DNA from: Armatimonadota bacterium
GTDB taxonomy: Bacteria; Sysuimicrobiota; Sysuimicrobiia; Sysuimicrobiales; Humicultoraceae
Direction of reading: 5' to 3'
Assembly (NCBI GenBank): GCA_052386995.1
Contig: JBQTJP010000241.1
Span: 1-17,621, forward strand
DNA length: 17,621 nt
Made by a program: the position numbers and the translations under genes. Positions 1 to 6,947 of the stretch are shown here, piece after piece (the first letter of the stretch is position 1; each line of letters starts with the position of its first letter). The notes beneath the pieces are model-generated. The model searched no databases. It saw only the letters and a program-made list of their open reading frames with translations, and was not told the origin of the DNA.

Positions 1-1
1 C

Positions 2-883
2 TACGGCGGCGCATTTGCCGTGACGAGCGGACTCTTCGAAGAGTTTGGACCCGAACGCGTCCGCGACACACCCATCTCCGAAGCGGCCATCACGGGCTGC
101 GCGATTGGTGCCGCCCTCACCGGGCTGCGCCCCGTCGTCGAGATTCAGTTCATGGACTTCATCACGCTCTGCATGGAGCAGCTGGTCCTGCAGGCGGCGA
201 AGATCCGGTACATGTTCGGCGGGACGGCACGAGTGCCCATGGTCGTGCGCACGCCGGGCGGGTCGGGGACCGGCGGGGCGGCCCAGCACTCCGAGAGTCT
301 TGAGGCCTGGTTCGCGCACGTGCCCGGGCTCAAGGTCGTCGCGCCCTCGACACCGGCCGATGCCCGAGGGCTGCTCCTGGCGAGTATCCGGGATGACAAC
401 CCGGTGATCTTTGTGGAGCATAAGCTGCTCTACCGGACGCGCGGAGAAGTTGCCGAGGATTCATCAGAGATCCCTCTGGGCGTGGCCGACATCAAGCGGC
501 CCGGCACCGATGTCACCGTGATCGCGACGTCCGCGATGGTGCCACGGGCTCTCGCGGTGGCGGAGCGCGTGGCTCAGGAGGGCATCAGCATCGAGGTCAT
601 CGATCCGCGAACCCTGCGGCCCCTCGATACCGAGACGATTGTTGCCTCCGCCCGCAAGACCGGGAGGGTCGTCATCGTGTACGAGGGCGTCAAGACGTTG
701 GGCATCGGCGCGGAGATTGCCGCGCGGCTCGCCGAGAGCGATGCCTTCTTCCACCTCGATGCGCCCATCGTTCGGCTGGGCGGGCAGGAGTGTCCCCTGC
801 CCTACAACCGGACACTCGAGCGCGCCGCCGTGCCACAGGAGGATGATATCGCGGCCGCGGTGAGACGGGTGATGGCGGCGTAG
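2..883 (+). CDS. TPP-dependent acetoin/2-oxoacid dehydrogenase E1 beta subunit (5'-truncated by window edge)
   Basis: The frame is open from nt 2 ([30 protein letters not shown]). It has E1-beta motifs [31 protein letters not shown] and [15 protein letters not shown] at 881-883. The GTG at 20 is internal. AcoB versus PdhB/BkdA2 cannot be separated without an alignment. Confidence 0.93.
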   Translation, partial: YGGAFAVTSGLFEEFGPERVRDTPISEAAITGCAIGAALTGLRPVVEIQFMDFITLCMEQLVLQAAKIRYMFGGTARVPMVVRTPGGSGTGGAAQHSESLEAWFAHVPGLKVVAPSTPADARGLLLASIRDDNPVIFVEHKLLYRTRGEVAEDSSEIPLGVADIKRPGTDVTVIATSAMVPRALAVAERVAQEGISIEVIDPRTLRPLDTETIVASARKTGRVVIVYEGVKTLGIGAEIAARLAESDAFFHLDAPIVRLGGQECPLPYNRTLERAAVPQEDDIAAAVRRVMAA

Positions 884-885
884 AC

Positions 886-2106
886 ATGGCCGACAGGTAC
901 GAGAGCGAACTCTACTGCGGCCGCTGCCACCGGACCACCTCGCATCTGGTGACCACCGGCGGGGGCGGCCTCTCGCGCGTGCTGTGCATCGTCTGCGGCC
1001 GCGCCGTCGCCGTGGACACGCTGCGGTTCATGGAGCAGTACGTGGATGGCGTTGTGCGGCGCCTGCTGGCTAAGCCGTTTGAGATCACCACCGAGTTCAG
1101 GCGCAGCCCACGGGATTTTATCTCCTCGCTGCCGGGACGAGCCTTCACCAAACCCTTTCGCGTCGCCGCGGAGCTGCGCGCCACGATGGACATCGTCCGG
1201 CCCCGCCGCCGCCGCATCCGCAAGGCCGCGCCCGTCCTGCCGTCTGCCCCGGGTGAGCTGCCCGCCACGGAGCGGCACTGCCAGGTTCTTCTCAGCGCCC
1301 CGCTGCTTTGGGCGCACGACCCCGGCGAGATCGTGGATGTCGCGCACGATCTCGGCTACGACGGCGTGGAGTTCTGGGCCTACCAGTTGCGGCGCGAGAG
1401 GACCGATGCGAGCGCGCTAGGCGCGCAGGCGCGGAAGCGGGGTCTGGCCGTCACGCTGCACGCCTTGAGCTGGGATCTCAACCCGGCGTCCGGGATCGAC
1501 TCGATTCGTACGGCGTCGCTCGAGGCGCTCCACGACTCCGTGGATCTGGCGGCGCGCCTCGGGGCGCGGATGGTCATCATGCACCCGGGGCACACGACCG
1601 ATCCCCACGACGACGCCGAGGTCTACTGGCCGCGCCAGGTCGCCGCGATCCGGGATGTGGCCGATCACGCCGCCGAGTACGGGCAGCAAGTGGCCGTCGA
1701 GCACATGGAGCCGCGGCAGGGCGAGTACGTCATTACCCCTGAGGATGTCAACCGTCTCATGCGCGAGGTTGACCGCCCCAACGTGGGGACGGTGCTCGAC
1801 GTCGCGCACATCCCCTGGGGTGAGGACGAGCCAGCGTTCCTGTCACGCCTCGAACGCCTGACGCATGTGCACCTCAGCGACGCGGATGAGACCCGGCTGC
1901 ACCTGCCCCTGGGTCAGGGTGGGCGTGATCTCGCCCGGGTCCTGGCGGGGCTGCATGGGTTTAGAGGCGCGATCGCCCTCGAAGGGTTTTCCGCGGCTGC
2001 CGGTACGGATCTGGCCCGCTGGAACAAGGCGCAGTTCGAGGAGCTGTGGCGGGAGTCGGGTGTGGAGATGCGCGCCGCTCGGACAGCGATGGAATCCCCG
2101 CGGTGA
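886..2106 (+). CDS. Fusion protein: N-terminal CxxC-x19-CxxC zinc-ribbon-like domain plus C-terminal sugar-phosphate isomerase/epimerase (xylose isomerase-like/AP endonuclease 2 TIM barrel)
   Basis: ATG lies 2 nt after the E1-beta stop. C11GRC14 and C34IVC37 are followed by an Arg/Pro linker (RPRRRRIRKAAPVLPSAPGE), then TIM-barrel motifs GYDGVEFW, TLHA, MHPG, VAVEHM, LDVAH, HVHLSD, HLPLG and IALEG. Confidence 0.85.
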   Translation: MADRYESELYCGRCHRTTSHLVTTGGGGLSRVLCIVCGRAVAVDTLRFMEQYVDGVVRRLLAKPFEITTEFRRSPRDFISSLPGRAFTKPFRVAAELRATMDIVRPRRRRIRKAAPVLPSAPGELPATERHCQVLLSAPLLWAHDPGEIVDVAHDLGYDGVEFWAYQLRRERTDASALGAQARKRGLAVTLHALSWDLNPASGIDSIRTASLEALHDSVDLAARLGARMVIMHPGHTTDPHDDAEVYWPRQVAAIRDVADHAAEYGQQVAVEHMEPRQGEYVITPEDVNRLMREVDRPNVGTVLDVAHIPWGEDEPAFLSRLERLTHVHLSDADETRLHLPLGQGGRDLARVLAGLHGFRGAIALEGFSAAAGTDLARWNKAQFEELWRESGVEMRAARTAMESPR

Positions 2107-2136
2107 ATCCTCACCGAGGAGGGCGGGCGTCTCATT

Positions 2137-2152
2137 TCCCGGTATACTGGGA
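2137..2152 (+). promoter_or_regulatory. Imperfect palindrome with central TATACT (-10-like) upstream of the ABC binding-protein gene; candidate promoter/operator
   Basis: TCCCGGTA|TACTGGGA has 7 of 8 arm positions complementary. TATACT is at 2143-2148 in the 75-nt intergenic gap. No convincing -35 element. Confidence 0.35.
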
Positions 2153-2181
2153 GTGCCACGTTGGAGCCGGAGGGAACTCTT

Positions 2182-3183
2182 ATGAGGATCGCGGGTTTGC
2201 TCGTTGCGCTTGCACTGGTGGTCGTGATCTCTACGGCGCCGCTCGGCGCCGGCCCAGCACCGAGCGGGACCATCACGCTGTACACGTCCGAGTCTGACGA
2301 CGACGTCAACCTCCTCACTTCTGACTTCATGCGGCGCAATCCCGGGCTGCGGGTGAATGTCTTCCGCGCGGGCTCGGGACCGGTCGTCGCCAAGCTGCAG
2401 GCTGAGATGCAGGGCGGGAAGATCCAGGCCGACGTCATCTGGTTCGCAGACATCGCGTTCTTCCAGGACCTGGCGCGGAAAGATCTGCTGGCAGCGTACA
2501 GTCCGCCGGCGGGCCAGCGGATCTCGCGCCAGTTCCACTATGAGGGCAACCGGTTTCACGAGGTGCGGCTGATCTTCAATGTGGTCGCCTACAACACGGC
2601 CCGCCTTCGCGGTGTCCGGCCGTCCAGCTGGTGGGACCTGACGCAGCCTGAGTACCGTGGCCGGGTGGGAATGCCGAGTCCGTTTGTCTCAGGCGCGGCG
2701 TTCTCACACGTCGGGACATTTGCCAGCATGCGGGAGTTCGGTTGGGACTTTTACCGCAAACTGAAGGATAACAATACCGTCATCCTGCGCAGTAACGGCG
2801 ATGTCATCCAGAAGCTCGCGTCAGGGGAGATCGTCCTGGCCCAGGTGGTCGACTTCTTCGTTCGGGCTTTGAGAGCCCAGGGCTCGCCGGTCTCGCATGT
2901 CTGGCCCTCCGAAGGCGCGGTGCTGGTGCCGACGCCCGTGGCGATCATCAAAGGGACCGCCAACGAGGAGGCGGCGCGTACCTGGATCAACTACCTCTAT
3001 TCGCCGGAGGCGCAGCGGCTGTTCGTGCAGCGGTCGTACATTCCGGTAGTGCCGGACATCCCGACACCGCCGGGGACACCCGATGTAAGCGAGCTCAAGA
3101 TCATTCAGACGAATCTTCCTTATATTGAGCGGAACCGGGAGGAGATCAAGAAGACCTTCTCCGATCTCTTCGGCGTCCAGTAG
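2182..3183 (+). CDS. ABC transporter substrate-binding protein, Fe3+/thiamine/2-aminoethylphosphonate (FbpA/AfuA-like) family
   Basis: ATG 2182 follows GGAGGGA (2169-2175) and is preferred over TTG 2161. It has a hydrophobic signal peptide and motifs ITLYTS, VFRAGSGPVVAKL, ADVIW, VVAYNT, PSSWWDLTQPEYRG, WPSEGAVLVPTPVAIIKG and YLYSPEAQ. Confidence 0.9.
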   Translation: MRIAGLLVALALVVVISTAPLGAGPAPSGTITLYTSESDDDVNLLTSDFMRRNPGLRVNVFRAGSGPVVAKLQAEMQGGKIQADVIWFADIAFFQDLARKDLLAAYSPPAGQRISRQFHYEGNRFHEVRLIFNVVAYNTARLRGVRPSSWWDLTQPEYRGRVGMPSPFVSGAAFSHVGTFASMREFGWDFYRKLKDNNTVILRSNGDVIQKLASGEIVLAQVVDFFVRALRAQGSPVSHVWPSEGAVLVPTPVAIIKGTANEEAARTWINYLYSPEAQRLFVQRSYIPVVPDIPTPPGTPDVSELKIIQTNLPYIERNREEIKKTFSDLFGVQ

Positions 3184-3197
3184 GCCGAGCGGTCTCC

Positions 3198-4883
3198 GTG
3201 AGCACGGCGCGCGCGGCGCTGGCGCCTGCTTTCGCCGCCGCGTTCGGTGCCCTTCTGCTCCTGCTGGTGCTCTACCCCACGGCCGTGCTCGTCCTGCAGT
3301 CGCTTCTCGTCGAGGGCCGCCTCTCGCTCGGGCACTACATTCGTCTTGCCCGCGACCCATCGACCTACAGCGTTCTGGCGAACAGCCTGATCGTGTCACT
3401 GTGGGCAACCGCGGGTGGAACGGCAATTGGGGTTGCGCTCGCCTGGCTCGTCAGCCGCACCGACCTGCCCGGGCGGCGCCTGTGGCGCACGCTGGTTCTG
3501 CTCCCGTACATGATCCCTCCGTTCATCGGTGCCATGGCCTGGGTGTATCTCCTGAGTCCGGTGGGATACGCAAACCAGGCGTGGATGGCTCTGACGGGGT
3601 CCCCCGATCCGCTCTTCGTCATCTACGGGCCGACCGGAATCATCCTGGTGCTCATGCTTTACGGCTATCCGATTGTCTACCTGGCGGCGCTCGGTGTGCT
3701 GGAGCGCATGGATTCCTCGCTCGAGGAGGCCGCCCGAATGGCAGGCGCGGGACCGGCCCGGGTGATGCGGGACGTGACGCTGCCGCTCATGCTGCCGGGC
3801 ATTCTCGCCGGCGCGCTGCTGCTCTTGATGTCATCGTTGGCGAACTTCGGCATCCCGGCCATTATCGGATTTCCCGCCCGTTACTTCGTACTGACGACAA
3901 AGATCTATGCGACGATCCTCAACTTCGATCTGCGGGACAACCTGCGCGTGGCGGCCGCGCTCTCGATGTGGCTTGTGATCGTCGCCGCGGTCGTGCTGCG
4001 GTTACAGCGGACGCTGCTCGGGCGGCGGCGTTTCACCGTGATAGGCGGCCAGCCCGGTCCGCGGCGCCTGATCTCGCTCGGCGCATGGCGCCATCCGGCG
4101 GCCGCCGCGCTGGCGGTATTTGTGCTCGTCAGCGTGGTCTTGCCCATCGCCGCGATTGTGTTGACGTCGCTGATCCGAGCGTACGGCCTTCCGCCGACCC
4201 CCGCCAACCTGACGCTCCAGCACTACGCGACGGTGATGCTGGGCGTCCCGAAGGTGCATCGTGCGATCGTGAACAGCCTGGGCCTGGCCGCCGCCGCGTC
4301 TACGATCATCGTCGTCCTGGCCGCGGGCATCGGATACATGCTGGCGCGCGCGCGCATCCGGGGTGGGGCGCTGCTCGAACTGCTGCTCACGATTCCGTAC
4401 GCGGTCCCGGGTACCGTGGTTGCGCTGGCGATGATTCTGGCGTGGGTGCGGCCTGTGCCGCTCCTTGGGATCCGGCTCTACAACACGATCTGGATCCTGT
4501 TGCTCGCGTACGTGGCCCGCTTCCTCATCTTCGGCGTCAGGACGGTCATGGCCGGCGTCGCCCAGGTGCACGAGTCGCTGGAGGAGGCCGCCCGCATCAG
4601 TGGAGCTTCTCGGGCTGCGGCGTTTCGGGATATCGTGCTCCCGATCATCCGGCCGAGTCTGGTGGCCGGGTGGTTCCTGACGTTCATCCCTGCCGTGGCC
4701 GAACTGACCCTGTCGATTCTGCTCTTCTCGGTGGGGAACGAGACGATCGGCGTCGTAGTTTTTGGTCTGCACGATGAAGGGAAGATCGCGCTCTCGGCGG
4801 CCGTGGCGGTGATCGTGACGGCGGCTCTCCTGGTGATCAACCTACTGTCGCGGAGCTTCTTGCGGAGCGAGGCCGGTCTGTGA
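3198..4883 (+). CDS. ABC transporter permease, FbpB/AfuB-like, two fused TM modules
   Basis: Highly hydrophobic 561 aa with two EAA loops (SLEEAARMAGAG; SLEEAARISGAS). It lies directly after the binding protein. Confidence 0.92.
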   Translation: MSTARAALAPAFAAAFGALLLLLVLYPTAVLVLQSLLVEGRLSLGHYIRLARDPSTYSVLANSLIVSLWATAGGTAIGVALAWLVSRTDLPGRRLWRTLVLLPYMIPPFIGAMAWVYLLSPVGYANQAWMALTGSPDPLFVIYGPTGIILVLMLYGYPIVYLAALGVLERMDSSLEEAARMAGAGPARVMRDVTLPLMLPGILAGALLLLMSSLANFGIPAIIGFPARYFVLTTKIYATILNFDLRDNLRVAAALSMWLVIVAAVVLRLQRTLLGRRRFTVIGGQPGPRRLISLGAWRHPAAAALAVFVLVSVVLPIAAIVLTSLIRAYGLPPTPANLTLQHYATVMLGVPKVHRAIVNSLGLAAAASTIIVVLAAGIGYMLARARIRGGALLELLLTIPYAVPGTVVALAMILAWVRPVPLLGIRLYNTIWILLLAYVARFLIFGVRTVMAGVAQVHESLEEAARISGASRAAAFRDIVLPIIRPSLVAGWFLTFIPAVAELTLSILLFSVGNETIGVVVFGLHDEGKIALSAAVAVIVTAALLVINLLSRSFLRSEAGL

Positions 4884-4912
4884 TAGGTGGCGTGCATCAC
4901 AGGAGGTGCCGG

Positions 4913-5458
4913 ATGGACGCGTCGGCCATCACTAAGACTGCCAGGTTTGAGGGGAGTGGAATCCGCACCCGGGGCGTCTATCTCGCGGTCCTGATGCTGG
5001 CGGTCCTCGCGTCATCCTGTCAGCGGCGGGTCGGCTCGATCGATGCGAACCTTCCCGTGATCGTCGTCGATGACGGGCACAATCATCTCGGCCCGACGAA
5101 GGCCGCGGCGCCCGCGGCATACACGATCGCCCCGGCCGACGGGTTCGTCCTCGACGTGACCGGCTACACGTTTTCGGCTCCGTCCAATTCGCCCGCGACG
5201 ATCCCTAACGTCGCGCAGGTCCTGGTCGATAAGAACAAGAGCATGTATGTGCTCCAATGGTCGCAGTCCGCGGGAAAGCATCGTGTGTCGGCCGCCACGC
5301 TCTCGCCGCTTCGGCGCTCGCCGCCTTTTCAGCGGCTGGAGGCCGGCACGACCGTCGTCATCGCCATTGGCTACCAGCGCGGTGATGCCGAGGAACCGGA
5401 GTTCGGGTTCTACCCTTTTTGGGCTAGCCTCGTGAAGATCCAACCCGCGGGTAAGTAG
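4913..5458 (+). CDS. Hypothetical exported protein, probable lipoprotein
   Basis: A strong RBS AGGAGG (4901-4906) precedes ATG 4913. A basic N-region and hydrophobic stretch end in LASS-C (lipobox-like), followed by a beta-rich soluble domain with no recognised family. Confidence 0.6.
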   Translation: MDASAITKTARFEGSGIRTRGVYLAVLMLAVLASSCQRRVGSIDANLPVIVVDDGHNHLGPTKAAAPAAYTIAPADGFVLDVTGYTFSAPSNSPATIPNVAQVLVDKNKSMYVLQWSQSAGKHRVSAATLSPLRRSPPFQRLEAGTTVVIAIGYQRGDAEEPEFGFYPFWASLVKIQPAGK

Positions 5459-5464
5459 ACCGGC

Positions 5465-5866
5465 CTAGCCGCGCCCCTCCAGGAACTCGGTCAGGATCAC
5501 GGGGATTGCCTTGTAGTGCTCATCTGCGGTGAGGACTCGCAGGCCATGCTCCATGGCGGAGGCGGCGATCCAGAGGTCGTTTGTCGGTACGGGCCGTCCA
5601 CCTTCTCGAAGAAGACGATAGATTACGGCGAACCGTTCCCCTGTCTCCAGACCCATCGGGAGAATATGGACCCGTGGTGAAGCGAGGAATTCACGAAGCT
5701 CCTGTCTGTTGCGTGTCTCTCGGCGGCCGAGGACGAATCCACTCAGGAGTTCTCCGAGCACGACCGCGGTCAGCCCAATGAATGACGCGACCCGGAGGGC
5801 GTCCACGGCTCCGGCGTGGCCGCGCCTGAACGCGGAGTACGCCGAGGTGTCGAGAAGGACCCTCAC
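5465..5866 (-). CDS. vapC: Type II toxin-antitoxin VapC-family PIN-domain ribonuclease toxin
   Basis: PIN motifs VLLDTSAYS, VVLGELLSG, PVPTNDLWIAASA and LTADEHY. GTG 5866 overlaps the antitoxin TGA (GTGA), with GAGGA 9 nt upstream. Confidence 0.93.
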   Translation of the reverse strand: MRVLLDTSAYSAFRRGHAGAVDALRVASFIGLTAVVLGELLSGFVLGRRETRNRQELREFLASPRVHILPMGLETGERFAVIYRLLREGGRPVPTNDLWIAASAMEHGLRVLTADEHYKAIPVILTEFLEGRG

Positions 5867-6135
5867 GTCCACATATCCTCGTCAACGCCTCTGAGACCCT
5901 GGACCGCACGATCGAACTCGTCGGCATCCTGCTTGGTCCAGCTCCCGGCCAAATGATCGAGATCTGAGAACAGCTCTGGCCTTGCGGGCGGCGGCTCGGA
6001 AGGTGTGGCGAGCCCGGTAGCCTGTCGGAGCAAGAGAAGCACGGTCCGATTCAAGCTCAGCCCGCGTCGTCGCGCCTCTTCGCGGAGCCGTCGCGCGAGG
6101 GCTGTATCGATACCGCGCACCGTGGTCTGCTTCAT
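5863..6135 (-). CDS. vapB: Antitoxin, ribbon-helix-helix (FitA/VapB-like)
   Basis: MKQTTVRGIDTALARRLREEARRRGLSLNRTVLLLL is an RHH pattern, and the C-terminus is acidic (DLDHLAGSWTKQDADEFD). GAGGA precedes ATG 6135. It is coupled to vapC. Confidence 0.85.
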   Translation of the reverse strand: MKQTTVRGIDTALARRLREEARRRGLSLNRTVLLLLRQATGLATPSEPPPARPELFSDLDHLAGSWTKQDADEFDRAVQGLRGVDEDMWT

Positions 6136-6165
6136 GGTGATCCTCGCATTCGATGGGATCTGTGG

Positions 6166-6206
6166 TAGCATTCATGTTATCATTATGCATGCATCATAGC
6201 ATACAT
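6166..6206 (-). promoter_or_regulatory. AT-rich vapBC promoter/operator region
   Basis: AT-rich island upstream of vapB. It holds the perfect palindrome ATGCATGCAT (6185-6194), two TAGCAT copies (6166-6171, 6197-6202) and minus-strand -10-like hexamers TATGAT and CATAAT. Autorepression of TA promoters by RHH antitoxins is established. Confidence 0.55.
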
Positions 6207-6211
6207 AAGAG

Positions 6212-6277
6212 GCCACCCCATTAGGGTGATACGACGGCGATAGTGTCACCGGGCTTAAGGTGCTGCGGTCTAATCAT
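6212..6277 (-). pseudogene. 5' remnant of an S66-family (LD-carboxypeptidase/MccF-like) peptidase gene
   Basis: Reads MIRPQHLKPGDTIAVVSP*WGG, matching the S66 N-terminal pattern (M-I-x-P-x-x-L-x-x-G-D-T-I-A-V-V-S-P-S-W-G-G) with TAA at the Ser codon. Its first codons overlap the HAD stop. The rest of the gene is absent. Confidence 0.75.
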
Positions 6278-6935
6278 CCCCATGCACGTTACGTGATTCG
6301 ACAAGCGCCACGACATCCTGGGGAGTGCGGGCGGTATCATCGGGTCCCGCCAGAAGCAGAGCGCTGCACTCCCGTGTGCCCCATAATGCCGCCACACTGC
6401 GCACGCCGGCCGCCCGCGCGGCGAGGATGTCGAGGGCACCGTCCCCGATCATGAAGGCCGCTCTCGGATGGCCTCCGAGCTGCCGCAGCGCCTCACGGAT
6501 GGGATCGGGTGCCGGCTTCGGCGCCGCGACATCGTCTGCCGTTACGGCCACACGGATGAAGGCGGTCAGGTGGAACGTGTCGAGCGCCTGCAGCGTCGAG
6601 CGCCGGCGTTTGGATGTGACAATCGCCATGGCACATCCGAGGCGCCTGAGGCTCGCGAGCATCTCGTAGACGCCCGGAAACAGGGACGCCATGCGGTCAT
6701 GGTGCGTCTCATAGTGGGCGACGTAGGCGCTAATCAGGTTCTCCATCAATTCCGGGCCGCCGGAGGCCAGCGGGGCAAATCTCTCCCGCAGGGGTGCGCC
6801 CCAGCGCGCAAGGACCTCCGCATCCGTGATCTCGCGGCCGAGCACTCCGCGGCAGGCTTCGCGGAACGACGTCGCGATGAGGTCAAAGGAGTCGAGCAGC
6901 GTCCCGTCGAGATCGAAGAGGACCGAAGCGATCAG
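6270..6935 (-). CDS. HAD-IA family phosphatase (PpaX/phosphoglycolate phosphatase-like); probable CTG start
   Basis: Upstream of the listed GTG 6845 the frame reads LIASVLFDLDGTLLDSFDLI (motif I DxDGT). Motif II VTSK, motif III KPAPD and motif IV IGDGALD are also present. There is no ATG/GTG/TTG between the tctA stop and motif I. Confidence 0.88.
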   Translation of the reverse strand: MIASVLFDLDGTLLDSFDLIATSFREACRGVLGREITDAEVLARWGAPLRERFAPLASGGPELMENLISAYVAHYETHHDRMASLFPGVYEMLASLRRLGCAMAIVTSKRRRSTLQALDTFHLTAFIRVAVTADDVAAPKPAPDPIREALRQLGGHPRAAFMIGDGALDILAARAAGVRSVAALWGTRECSALLLAGPDDTARTPQDVVALVESRNVHGDD

Positions 6936-6947
6936 CGCGCCTACTCG

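Noticed and set aside
3125..4777. 550-aa alternative-frame ORF over the ABC permease
   Set aside because: Arg/Ala/Gly/Pro-rich with no motifs; a typical high-GC shadow ORF of a well-supported gene.
5459..6230. IS or transposon carrying vapBC
   Set aside because: No transposase, terminal inverted repeats or target-site duplication could be identified.
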